This document shows, one piece after another, positions 1 to 12,386 of a DNA stretch of 64,000 nucleotides. A model generated the notes under the pieces. It did not search any database, was not told where the DNA came from, and saw nothing but the letters and a program-made list of their open reading frames with translations. This DNA is from Takakia lepidozioides (Eukaryota; Plantae; Bryophyta), in the NCBI GenBank assembly GCA_030704615.1, contig CM060733.1, positions 52,824,001 through 52,888,000 on the forward strand, given 5' to 3'. The position numbers and the translations under genes are program-made. Numbering within the stretch: position 1 is the first letter of the stretch; the number at the start of each line of letters is the position of its first letter.

Positions 1-123
1 AGCCCCATCGTTAGTCGCCGTCTTGCAATCTGTGAACTTGAGCTAGGATCTCGTGTGTTCAAGGTCTCCTAGTAGCTTGGCCTTGCATTTCTTGTTAGCC
101 TCCCATGATTATATCCACTGCCA

Positions 124-3100
124 CTATCCAATGCATTGTGGAATAACCAATCCCCATCCGGAACCATCTCAAGAGGTGGAGTCAAGCATCACATATGCCA
201 ACCTCTAGAGCATCGATCACACACCAGCATGGTGGCTGCCCCTTTAGCAGACCCACACAACATGCACCTCAAACTTGTAGATACCACTGCCAGGTTTGGG
301 TCAATCCTGCCATCGACATTCGGAAGGTGACATGGCGCACAATTACGCACATGGTCCTTCCAAGTTATGCCATCCCGACCCTCCAAGACCAAGACGCCTG
401 AGGGCAAGACCTCTCGAACCCTCAAAATAACACGTCCTGCAGTCACATCTAAGGTCGTAGGAGCAGTCTGCTGCAGATAGACATAGTCACCAGGGTTGAA
501 TCTCCAAACCCCAGGACGATAGCCCCCACCACGTATGGTAGCATACCTCAACGTATCACGGTGTTTTGCAATGGCAAGGTTCTCGAAAGCCATGGGCATG
601 ACTTTCTTGAACAACTCTGCACGCTGCTCATATGCACATGCCCACACGTCTGGATCGTCAAGGTTAAGAACTGTAGCAGCTTCCCTGCGAATGGATGTAG
701 GCAAATCCGGCTCTTGGCCAAAGAGAAGAAAGTATGGTGAGAAGGAGGCAAGTGATGCTTGCTTGCTGAACCTGTAGCCCATGGCTAACCAGGGTAACTG
801 AAGGTCCCAATCTCCTAGGTGTCCCTTCTACAAGCCATACTTGCGCAAACCCCTCTTTACTGTCTGAACAACTCTCTCTGCCAAGCCATCAGCCTCAGGA
901 TGATCCCGAGAAGTGGTGCGGTGGTCTATCAAGGCCTTGTCACACAAAGCCTGAAACTCCCCCAAGAACTCTCTCCCTTGGTCCGTGAGTACCTCAGCTG
1001 GAGCACCGAATCGGCTAAGCACACAATCCAAGAATGCATACGCAGCTCCCTCACTAGCCTTATCGGGCAATGGAACCAACTCAATCCACTTGGAGAAGTG
1101 CTCCACCATCACCAACACGTACTTGTTGTGGCGCATGGTCAGTAGCAACGGCCCTGCGAAGTCAAGACTCCACCTGTAGCCCAATCCCATGATCGGAAGA
1201 GGGTGCAATTGTGGAGTAGGGGCGTTGAATGAAGCACGCACCCTGTCACACACCATGCACCTAGCCACAAATTGTTGCACCTCTGTGTGCATACCACGCC
1301 ACCAATACTGCCCCTGCAGTAGGCTATGAGTGCGTCGCACTCCAAAATGCCCCAACTCCTCGTGGGCATGCCGCACTAACCGTGCCCGCTGTGTTGGGTG
1401 AGGCACAATCCTCACTCGACCATCCTCCCACACTCGGAGCAGGTGTGTCCCCTCCCACTTGAACCTCTTGGCTCGTTGTAGGATCCGATCCCTCTCCTTG
1501 GCAGTCACAGTGGCTGCAGTGTCTCCAGTGCGGAGGTAGTCCAACACAACTGAATCCTCATGTATATCTTTGGCGCCACCTTGCTCATTGCTGGCCTCAG
1601 GGTCCTCAGACACTTGATCTACAGTCATCCCTGTTGCAGGTCCAACCTGGCCTTCCGCTGCCAAGATACACAGAAATGCAGATGCATGCCATCCGGGCAC
1701 CATCTCCTCGTCCGTCTCACCATGCCACCGAGCTCCAGTGTCATCCTGCTGGCTCGTGTATGGATTGCGACTCAACCCATCTACATTGCGATTGACCAAA
1801 CCCGGTCGATGCACAACCTGAAAGTCATATTCTTGAAGGATGAGTGCCCACCGTGCAAGCTTCCCCGTAAGCTTGTCTGACTCCATCAACCACTTGAGTG
1901 GTTGGTGATCCGTGACAAGGGTGAAGAGATTGCCGTATAGATAGCACCTGAAGTGTGTCACGGCCCACACTGCAGCTAAGCATTCTCCCTCATATGAGCT
2001 ATACTTAGACTCTGCAACGTTGTTCGAGCGGCTAGCATAAGCCACTACGAACTCTCTTCCCTCATCATCCACCTGTGTGAGCACCGCTCCAAGCCCCAGC
2101 ATGCTCCAATCTGTATGCAGCTGAAAAGGACGCCCTCTAATAGGCCGTCTCAAGATGGGCGCCGAGGTCAACCTCGCCTTAAGCTCTTGAAAAGCTTGTT
2201 CTTGCTCATCTTCCCACTGCCACTCCTGGTCCACCTTGGTCAGCTTGGTTAGAGCCTTTGCAATGGCACTAAATCCCTTAACAAACCGTCTATAATAGTT
2301 TGCTAACCCCATGAAAGCTCGAACTCGGCTCACATCCGTGGGGCGTGGAACCTGTGCAATGGACTCTACCTTAGTCTGTTGTACCCCCAATCCTCCAGGA
2401 TATATCATGTGACCCAGATACTCAATCTGGTTGTGGAAAAACTTGCACTTTCCCGGATGTAACTTCAATCCGTGCGCCCTCAAGCGCTCAAATTCCCCCT
2501 GAAGGTGTCTCTCATGCTCCTCCACCGTAGCACTAAAGATGATGATGTCATCTATGTAGCACCGAACAAACTCCACCCCTGCTAGAATCCTGTCCATGAC
2601 TCTTTGAAACTCAGCAGGAGCGTTTTTAAGCCCAAATGGTAAGAACCGCCACTGGTATAGGCAATCCTTCCCGTGCTCATTGATCCCCTAGAATGTCGTC
2701 TTTTGCTTATCCGACTCCTTGATTGGCAATTGGTGATATCCGGATCGTAAATCCAACATGCTAAAGACCTTGGCATGCCCAATGGCATCAAAGATCTCCT
2801 CTGGTGTTGGCATGGCATACCTATCGGACTTGGTCTGACGATTTACAGGCCGGTAATCACCGCACATACGTCTCTCCGTCCAATTGCCATAGACATCCTT
2901 CTTGGCTGGCATCATTGTGGCTGAAGCATACTCTCTCCCAGATAGCTCCACCAAACCAGCCTCCCAAAGGTCCTGAGTTCTCATCTGAATCAAGGACATC
3001 TCCATGTCACTGTATCTATAGGGTCTCCGAAAGATTGGCGTGTCAGTAGCCAATTCAATGCAAATCTCTTGACCCTTCAGTGCTCCTAAGTCCTTCAAAC

Positions 3101-3257
3101 TGAAGGCAAAGCAATTCCTGTAAGCCCTCAGGAACCACCGTATACGTCGTCTCTCTCCTCCGGTGACAATGGGTCCAATGTCAGGCTCCCAATTGTCCTC
3201 CGTAACTGCAACCTTAAGTCCAGTGGGCTTAGAGGTAGAGGACGCGTCCCGTGGTTG
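124..3257 (-). pseudogene. pol of copy 1: RT - RNase H - DDE integrase - PHD finger (nonsense-disrupted)
   Basis: RT: RMCGDYRPVN, LDLRSGYHQ, YIDDIIIFS. RNase H: HTDWS, YSSYEGECLA, TDHQPL. Integrase: HAHEELGH..CMVC zinc finger, WSLDFAGP, TDQGREF, GLAERVVQ. PHD: CMLC..MLVCDRCSRGWHM*CLTPPLEMVPDGDW. Confidence 0.93.
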
Positions 3258-6011
3258 CTATACCGCAACCTCTTGAGCAGTACTCCCTGCCTGCTCAGTC
3301 AATGACAAGGCCTCATCCTGCCCCATCATCTCATCCTTGAGGACCTCATCAACCCGAGAAGAATCCCCAACCTCATCCATCACAGCTGCCTTCGCTGCCA
3401 ACTCCCTCTGAACCTCGAGCACCTCTCACGTGTGCCATGGATGCGGCCTGCACATCGTGGTCCTCACCTGTTCGCCCCCACTCGCTGCCTGTACCGTCTC
3501 GGTAGGCAGGGAGACCATGAAGGGAAGTACACTCCGTACTCTGCGCTGCTCAGCCGTAGCCAAGCTGATAATCCAGGTCAAGCAATTGAGATCCATTGCT
3601 TGCCCCAACACCTGACGACGTGATGCCTCAGAAAGAGATGGCACCGCTGTGGTACCAGTGGTAAAACCCATTGCCCGCTCGCGCTCGTCAGTATTGGGCT
3701 CCACTTATTGTTGCAACTGGCTATTCCACAAGAGGCCAGGTCCACCATCCCGAAAAGCATGGGATCCTAGGAAGCTGAGCAGTGTAGGTAATGCTGCTCG
3801 TGATTGACCCACCCTGTTGACCACTGCCAAAGGCGAACGGTCATCGTGTCTCACACGTTGAGACTGCCTCCCTGTGTCCAAAATGCTATCCACTGTGAGG
3901 TGTGCTGGACGCTGCACCCCATCAAATGCACGCTTGAGCAGTGCGGGTGACATCAAGTTAGTCCACCATAGCCGTGGACGATGAGCCCGTGATCCCACTG
4001 CAGCTGCATCCAGCAACATTGCTGATCCAAGCCACGACCGGACTTGATGCACACTGGCCATCACCCTGGCCCGAGAATCGCCCATCAGTGGCACATTCTC
4101 CAAGATGTATGCTGGAGATACAGCTTGATGAAGCTGCAAGTGGCGCAAAACCCGCACCATCTCCCAAAACAGACCCGTCCTTGAGTCTCGCAATCCATTG
4201 CCATGCCCGGCTGATGAATGCCCTTGGCAGGGCCAACTTGCCACTACCAGATCAATGGAGCCAACCTGCTCCAAATCCTGCACCCCCAGCAACAAAATGT
4301 CTGCTAGCAAGGCTTGTTGGTATCCACGAACTGCAGACACTGGCAACAAATCAGGGTACTGCTGTACCAGCTGAGCAACATGGCGCAGTGAGACGCGTCG
4401 TGCAGTCTCATCCCTCTCCACATACAGGTAACGTCAAACTCGTATACCTGCCTGCAGCACTGCAGCCAATCCAGTGCTGATCCCGCCAAACAAGTCCAGA
4501 AGGCATATGCCTTCATCCGGGCACTGCCACACAAGAGATGTAGTGTCCAATGGCAACAACTGAGGTGGTCCTGGTGCAATCACCGCACTCTCCTCCTCTC
4601 CTGACGGTACGAAAGCGTCCACCCAGGCTTGTTGCACCCGTCCATCAGCAGCCTGCTGCAAATCTTTGCCCGTACCCCACAATGGAGTGTGAGCAACCAT
4701 GGCAGGCAACTCTGCCATACCATGCATGTCATCCTGCTCTGCTGGAGGTGGCACATCCTTTACATGGGCATTGCCTGCCAGCAACTCTCCATGCCAACTA
4801 ACTGCAGCCGTAAAGGCGGCTAGTGTTGGCATCTTGCCCCGCTGGGCAGCCGCAATATCCCCAATGAATGTCACAGGGAGCTATGCACGACGACCATCCC
4901 CTGACTGCCAGCCAGGCCTGTAGGATGCTGACTCCTCCCAAAAGTTCAGGGTGAAGCCCATGGGGTATAACACTGCCCCACCAACGAGGACATCGTAAGA
5001 GACCGCGTCTGTCACAATGGCCTTGGCTCGCATCACTGAGCCATCTGTAGGGTGATCCGGCTGTAGTCCAATGGCCAACTCACGCCGTGTCATGCCCCGA
5101 GCCTGCTCTGATCCTCCCAGAGATGTCTGTATCTGGAAAGGACAAGGCTCCATATCCGCTTCCATGAGGCCCAAACCTATGATAGCAGCTCTGCCCAACA
5201 TCAGTGGCTGAGCTCCCGAGTCCAACAAGACCCGAAGTGGCCGGTACTTCTTGCCTGCCGGTCCACTCAATGAGAAAATGTCATCCTGGTTGTCTAACAA
5301 GACAACTCCAGGTGTCACCATGGCGCGTTCAAAGGCTGGCCTAGCTGGCAGCTCCGTCAACCTGGCAGCTGCAGCTTGCCATGGCGCAGCCGTGGCAGTC
5401 CTGACCCTCAAATCCGATGATCCCTCTGCCACTACACCTTCCAGTAACTCCGCAGAAGATGAAGTGACCTCCCCACTCTCACAGAGTGTTGCTGCTAGTC
5501 TGAACACTGCAGCTGGTCTTACCCCCGGCGTCGCAATCATGCTTGCCGAGAATAGTGGGGCTTGACACACAGAGGTGGCTGCCCCCAACAACACATCGGC
5601 TGCACTAGCCTTGGCAGCAGATGTCAGTGCTGCACGTGTAGCTCTCCCCAATGGCATAGTAATCTCCGCCTCGGTAACAGCCGGGCGAGAACTAGGTGCC
5701 ATGGATGGCGTCGACACTGTCTCCGCCAATGTGAATGACTAAGGAAGCCTCGCCTGACGGCTTGCCTCTCCACGCTGTGGATCCAATTCCACCTCTGCAC
5801 CTTGTAGATCAGGAACTCGTGCTGCTCCTCGAGTCACGGCTGCAGCAGACTCCACCTGCTCTAGTGGTAGTGCTGCTCCGCACATGAATCCTATGCCTCC
5901 CATATCTCCTCCCTCAGGAGCAGGAGGTGGACCATCCCGCCTGGGAGCCAGTACCACCTGAGCTGTAGCCATGGCAGCGAGCCTCTGCTCTAGCTGCTGA
6001 AGCCGGTTGGC
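3258..6011 (-). pseudogene. ORF1 of copy 1: Gag C-terminus - aspartic protease - DNMT3-like C5 cytosine methyltransferase (about 3565-4510)
   Basis: Protease VLLDSGAQ and DVLVG. MTase motif I LLDLFGGISTG, II ERD, IV DLVVASWPCQGHSSAG (PCQ at 4224-4232), VI YILENV, VIII AHRPRLWWTNL, IX ERERAMGF, X RRQVLGQAM. Ends at TAG 3258-3260. Confidence 0.92.
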
Positions 6012-6148
6012 TTCACCCCTAAGGATCCTGTTGGTCTCAGTCTGTGTAAAAATTAAGGGTACCCCACAGATCCCGTAAAAGCGTCTAAGTCCCAAGCAGC
6101 CCTCTAACATTTACCCCTCCTCCTCTCAAAAAGCCGTGTCCTCACGGT

Positions 6149-9100
6149 TTACTGTTTGGGATTAGCAAACCTTTGTGAGCGAGCACCCTTGTGACGTTGA
6201 GAGTCTCGTGAAGGACTCCGTGTGCGAGCCCGTGTCCTGTCACTGGTTGAGGGAGATGATTGAGCACTACCTGAAAATGTCAGTCCTTCCTTTGGCTGAT
6301 ATCGAGGTAATCTTTCAGGCATAGGAGACCCCCATCGCTTCTTCTCTGCCATCTGAATTGCATAGTCCTCTGCCATGTCAAAAGAGTCCGCTGAAGAACC
6401 AGTAGTATCAGAATCGTCTTCCCCCCTGAGGTGTTTTAACGGTCAAACTCTAACTGGAATCCTCTGGGGCATACAATGTGGTCACACCATGTCTGGAAGT
6501 TTAATCTGTAAAACTTGTTGTAAGCGCTGAATTGCAAAATTGGTGAAGACCCTGAACTCCTTGTCTGTCCAGGTGAGTGGTGTACCAATGACTTGTGAAT
6601 TGTGCAAGTTTTTCCATGCCTCATGGCCCTTAAAGAAAATATCGTCAGGCCCGAATTTTTGTGTTGACAAATTGTTCCAGGCCGCATGAAACCATGAACG
6701 AATTTGAGAATCCTTTTGCATCATAACTTTTGCCTCATATAGGTACATATGAGGTGGCACTGCAGGTAAGATCCAATGATCCCCACTGGAATAACTCAGA
6801 AAGCGCGATTGCATCTTCTGCTGTTCAATGTGATAACGTGCCAGAAAACAAGCAGCGTAGTATAGCCCGTAGCCCATGACAATACTTGCTACCTCCTTGG
6901 TCTTGGTATAAATGAATCCATGTACAACTTGGAAGGCAATTAATTCCTTCAACATGGTACTTGCCTCATGCCAGTATCTCGCAAGTGATGATCCTCAATG
7001 GGTCCATTGTTCGGAAGAACCTTAGTCCTAGTTGCCACTGGTAGCCAAATGCGCATGATTTGGTAGTAATGTACCAACGATTGCGGAGGACTAAATTCCT
7101 TCCAAGCCAAATCCACCACAATGGGAATTTGGTTGAAGGGCATAATCATAGCCCGACTGTACTCCCGTGCAGCAGAAGTTTTAGGTGGGTTAAAAGCAGC
7201 ATCCCCCCATACCTCAGGCTGTGGCGGCTGTGGTGTGGCTGTAGTAACAACAGGGTCAGCTACTGTCACAGTCACTTGTTGTGGTATTGGTAGCACTGGC
7301 TCTTGTACCACTGGCATCTCCTGCACCCCCTGCGAAGAAGACTGAAAAGCTAAAGTTCTGGCTTGTAAATAAGAAGCCATCAGCTGCTCCTCAGGTACAA
7401 AGACTCTCTTGTCAATATTTGATGTCAGGTCCTCCACCTGAGTTTGCAGGCCGTCTACATCCTCTTGTAGCTCTGATATCCTACTATAGACATTGTCTAT
7501 AGTAGTTGTGGCAATGTTCTGCACCTGCAGCCTGAGCTCATTCATGTCGGCTTGGGTGAGCTTCCGTGGTGCTTTGCCTTCCACCGGTCCTTGTGCTAAC
7601 CAGACCTGCAGAAGGTGGTTATCCACCAAGTTGGTTGTGGTACCTCTGAGAGTCTGCTCCTCTCTGAGTTTGTACATATCTAGGTAAAGCCTCCATGCGC
7701 TTCGCATGAGGTTCAACCAAACTCGCATATGCAGCAGCCAGATTATTGGCCTCCTTCCAAGCCTTGTTTGCCACAGAGAGTTCATTTCTATTGGCCCTGA
7801 GCGTTTGTTGCAATTCCAGGATATACCTCTCTTGGGTAGCTTCAACCTGCCTGTATTGCTTGAAAGTATTCTCATTGCGACAGATTGTATTCTTCATATC
7901 AATAATGAGTTTTGTCTGCTCGACATTATCTGTCTGTGCCTTTATACATCTTTCCGCTTGGTTGTTAACTTCTTTTGTAGTTTGCTCAAGCGTAATTGTG
8001 AGTGTAGCGCATTGTATGGTCATCCTGTCATGCACTGTCTGCAACTCCGTATGTAGTGCATTTACTTCTTGCAACTTGCTCTCATGTTTCACCTGCATTT
8101 GGTATAGTTGTTGCTTATGTGCTTCGTGCAACTGGTCCTGCGCGAGGCCTGCTTCAATCAAATGTTCCTTGGCCAACTGCAAAGCAGCTGTTGTATCCTC
8201 TAACTCTTGCTGTAACTTGATAGTGACCTCCTCATCAACTTGTTTGCACACTCAGTGGCAAGTCGAGCCTCAAACTCCTTCCTCAGTTCCTCCCTCAAAG
8301 CTGCCAATTGGGTAGATGGAACATGGGATTTCACATAAGTGCCCAACAAATTAAGTGTCGTGCTTATGGAACTCATAAACATGGCCTACTGAGGGTCATC
8401 ATGGTGAGTTTGCTGCTGTTCTCCCTGATCCTCAACAGTGTGATGCCTCACGAACCATTCAGGCCATTGCCCTACCAGATTTTCTTCCTGAACCACCTCA
8501 TCCACCACAGGTGCTGCAGTGTCTTGATATTTTCCCCCATGTACCTCCATCACAGGTGTGGTTATTACATGCACAGCAGGGTTCCCCTGGACACTCGCTG
8601 CACCTCTGGAATCATTGTTTCCCTTATCAAGCCGGAATTTTCATAGAGAAGGTCACCCTTCTCAATTTCGGCCACGACCTGTTCTGTAGTGGGAATGTCT
8701 AATCTTTCTCCTTCTTGAGCAATTGGGGGTGATGTCACAGCATATACTAATTGCGGAACCTCTAAAACAACAGAGTCAATTGGTTGTGGTGGCTGTGACA
8801 TCGAAGTGACTTCTTCCTCCCTCTCTGAAGGCCCTGCTTCTAATAATAGCAGCTCTCTGTGATGCTGTGCCCCTTCCTGCACAAAAGCTTGGGAAACATT
8901 ATCATGTGGTTTCCGTGAAGCTAGTGGATCCGCCACTACAGTCTTTCCCCGCCTCTGTCTCTTAGACTGAGGTTGCACTGCCAGTCCACCCTCACTGTGC
9001 GAAGAGCCTTGCTCTTCCATTGCAGTGGTTTCTGCCTCAAACACTCCCATCTCATTTCTTTCCCGAGCATCAAGTATGCAAGAATCAAGAATTATTTGAG

Positions 9101-9700
9101 CAATGATTGGGCCCGACACAATGATCGGAGACTTTGCAGCAGTGCCTTGTAACCTCTTCATCTCGTCCACCAATCCGTTGTACATTAGCTCCGCCCAAGC
9201 GACATCTTTTCCCCTCAAAGTTTTCAGGATCTCTTCTGTGAAAGACCTGCTCAAATATTGTTGGTTCTGTTTCATGACAAACAGAACGTTCAAGATTTGG
9301 CCAACCTCCCTAAGCCCTGGGTACTCGGCTTTGGTACAAGCAAAACCTTGAGTTTTAAAGAAACTCCCTTCTTGGAACAAATTCTCTATCCGCAATCTTA
9401 CCCTGTGCTCATCCACCTCCACATGTCCTGATGGCAAATCAAACAGTTGCTGCAGGTACTGGGGAGTAATTTCTATATCTACTCCCCTCACTTGAGTAAC
9501 TCCTGTCCGAGGCTCAAAGTTTTAGAGAAATTGTATCATGAACTGCCGATGATGCAAGGACCAGTCTTTGAGTAGCAATCCCTCCAATCGCAGCTCCTTC
9601 AGTAGCTGCACCGCCTGTGGTGCAGCGATCGTTTGCTTCTGTAAGATTGTGGTGCTTTTCACCTTGATATCTTCCATTCCTTTCACTCTCTTCATTCTGG
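6149..9700 (-). pseudogene. Degenerate long ORF (about 1100 aa) of probable TE accessory type, with a coiled-coil region
   Basis: ORFs 9522-10400, 8565-9491, 8386-8574, 8200-8382, 7619-8251, 6949-7875 and 6482-6955 chain together through single stops or frameshifts. ..FL*NFEPRTGVTQVRGVDIEITPQYLQQLFDLP resembles plant retrotransposon extra-ORF domains. 7619-8251 is a Q/E/L-rich heptad region. No introns seen. Confidence 0.55.
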
Positions 9701-10427
9701 ACAAACAGACAGGTTTTGGTTGCAACAACTGAAGAAACGCCTGCAGGGCACAAAGCATAAAAGTATGGTTGGCGCAGAATGAAATGGGTAAGTGCTTGTA
9801 AGCTTGCGGGGCTTGCAAGTAGCGATTTAGAGAAAATGTATTCTCCGTTCGTCTGTCCTTGTGCCACTGTGTAAGTAGTAAGGCGAGCGTGTAATCTGTT
9901 ATTTCCGCCATAGCTTCAAAGCTATAGCTTTGATTGTCTCTCCTGACGAGACGCCCGTTACTTGGAACGACGCCGACTCTTGCGCTCAGAATCCCTCCAT
10001 TTTCTTGATTTCGTTTCTTGGTAATTACCCTCTGCAGATAATTCTGGCTGGTGATTGGCTGTTGGCTGTGTGATTTGTTTTGTAATTTAATTTCCTCCCA
10101 TGGATTTTCCACTCTGGACTGTCCACTAGGATAGCACATGTGACATGGATTTCGCTTTTCGGTACTTTTAAAGGGTTCCGTTACCCTTTCCTTGTTTGCA
10201 TTAATGGGCCCATAATAAGTTAATGTGCCGGGTAGGTACTTTGACGGCATTTTTTGTCTTCTTCCTTGATGACACTCGCCTTTGCAATCCATGTCCGGCT
10301 GTGTGTCTTGTCCTGGCGTCCACGTGTCTATTTTTAAACGTGCCTCCGTCCACTTTTCCGCCGGCCACTCTCCGGATGTTAACCCACGTCCACCTGTCAC
10401 TGATTCTATGGATTGTGTAACCCCAGT

Positions 10428-10710
10428 AGGCTGTGTTGAGCTGTGACAGGCTGTGTCATACTATGGTACGCTGTGATAGGCTGTGTCGCACTGTGGTACG
10501 CTGTGACACGCTGTGATGGGTTGTGATAGGTTGTGTGACACTGTGATGGGCTGTGATAGGCTGTGCCACTCTGTGATGGGCTGTGATAGTTTGTGTCGCG
10601 CCGTGTTGGGCTGTGATAGGCTGTGTCGCGCCTTGATGGGCTGTGATAGGCTGTGTCGCGCCGTGATGGGCTGTGATAGGCTGTGTCGCGCCGTGTTGGG
10701 CTGTGATACG
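10428..10710. repeat. Minisatellite, 30-bp unit built from 10-bp subunits (GCTGTGATAG-GCTGTGTCGC-GCCGTGATGG)
   Basis: About 9 tandem 30-mers are directly visible. They produce the repetitive ORFs 10406-10723, 10461-10916 and 10513-10815. Confidence 0.95.
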
Positions 10711-11174
10711 GGCGATATGTCAATACTATTGATGGTCTTGAGCTTCACACTAGTATCTTTGATGAGTATGAGTTTGTGTCTCTTTCCTGTCCTGCACAAT
10801 GTTTTAAAGTCGTGACGTGGAATAACGGTGCCGAAATACCTCATTCCGCATCCTGGACCAGGAGAAACAGACCCTATTATCGAGGTATGAGGACATAATA
10901 CCGTCAATAAAGGCACAAAAATTCCAATTTCGCGGATGCCCGCTCATGAGCTCATAGGCTCATAGGCTCATGGGCTCATGAAATAGTAAACCTCGGCTAC
11001 CAGTGTTTGATTTGCCAAAAAACATACCCTCTGGGACTCTTCCCTCCAATGGCTCAATCAGTGAGAAATACCCTGGTTTTAACGATCTTTTCAACGCGGT
11101 GCTCTTCCCGGCTGAAGCCTTGGTTTTATTTGTAACCATCTCCATAGTGTCTACAGAACAATTCCTTTCATCCC

Positions 11175-11880
11175 ATGAGCTACCCAAAAACACAAAAATC
11201 TATGGCCATTAGCCAACTCCTTATGGAAACCCACTTCCATGGGAATGAAAGGAGGTACTGCAAGACTTCTTTCACCTACCATTCAACCGTTCCTCACAAC
11301 GAAGGACACCTGGCTCCCCGGAAGATTGCAATTTTGTGCCTTATCCCTACCCAACTCAATAGGTCCGATTGGGCTGGTGAATATCTATGCACCCAACAAT
11401 TCTACTGACATAGCAGAATTTTGGAACACTCTCAACACAAAAATGAGGGAACAACCTTCAATAGATAGTTGGATAGTGTCCGGAGATTTTAATATGGTGG
11501 AGATGCAAGAGGATAGAAGAGGCGCGGGGTTATTTACCTCAAACCCAAAAGAAATGGACTAGTGGTTCAACTGCATGCAAACACACAACCTCACAGAAGC
11601 AGTGCCAATCTTTGGACAGTCATCAAACATCACCTTTACCTGGTCCAATAACTGTGCTCTTGCAGATCTAAGTATGGCTTGTCTTGATAGGGCTTACCTT
11701 TCCCTTGACCTAGTTCAATATGCTAAGAGAGCCCCTCAAGAACCAATACCCTTATGCTTTGACCATGCACCAATTACCCTCTCCATAACCCTACCGGACT
11801 CTTATAGAAGGGGTAGAGGCCTTTACAAAATAAATAACCTCCTCCTTAAGCTCCCAAGCTTCAAGCAAGGCCTGTACTAA
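11175..11880 (+). mobile_element. LINE (L1-like) APE endonuclease remnant
   Basis: LMETH, VNIYAPN, WIVSGDFN, FTW, LDRAY and DHAPI motifs in order, then GLYKIN. Broken by a frameshift and stops. Confidence 0.85.
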
Positions 11881-12386
11881 CTCAATGCACAAATTTTTTT
11901 TGTCTTCTCCACCTTCTCTGGCTGCACCCTCTCTCTTTCGTGTCACACATACAATCAATATATGCTCGATGGTAAATAACTTTCTTTTTTTATCTTTAGG
12001 TATCTAGTTGTATCAAAAAATTTGCTATCAATCTGTGTGTCTGATCTATAGTACCTCACAAAATAAACCAGTGGGTACACATGGGGTAATTGTTCCACCA
12101 ACCAACCAGAACCAAAATCCAACAACAGTGGAAGGCAAAAAAGAAGGACCCTTGAAAATAATTAGCCTACATTCTTTCCCCGAGACAGTAATTTGTTCTT
12201 TGAGCTGCCTTCCTACTATTTTTAGTGTTGCATCATTGCAAATGCCATTTTTAGAAGTCATAAAGAAGGTACCTAAATACAGAGTGATATATAGGAAAAG
12301 CAAAAGAAGGACGCAAAAAAATACTCAAAATAACAACACCTTGATGACTATGAAATTATAACCATAAGTATTAAAAGCGGAAGGAT

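Larger units (their letters stand above)
1..6011 (-). mobile_element. Ty3/Gypsy-type retrotransposon with C5-DNA methyltransferase, copy 1 (3' end off-window, 5' half of gag missing)
   Basis: Colinear and highly similar to 26960-32920. Identity stops abruptly after AGCCGGTTGGC at 6011. ORFs 5739-6110, 4881-5729, 4434-4874, 3705-4421, 3426-3704, 2688-3098, 828-2597 and 189-782 are all in one frame, broken only by point stop codons. Confidence 0.95.

Noticed and set aside
136-5565. Plus-strand ORFs over the retrotransposon copies
   Set aside because: Antisense shadows of the GC-rich gag-pol frame with no recognisable motifs; they recur only because the element is repeated.
5739-6110. 123-aa ORF as a real protein
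   Set aside because: Chimeric read-through across the 6011/6012 junction; only the part from ANRLQQ onward is gag.
10406-10916. Repetitive ORFs (TAYHSPSRRD, MGCDRLCRA, SQPITARHSL)
   Set aside because: They are translations of a 30-bp minisatellite that is open in several frames.
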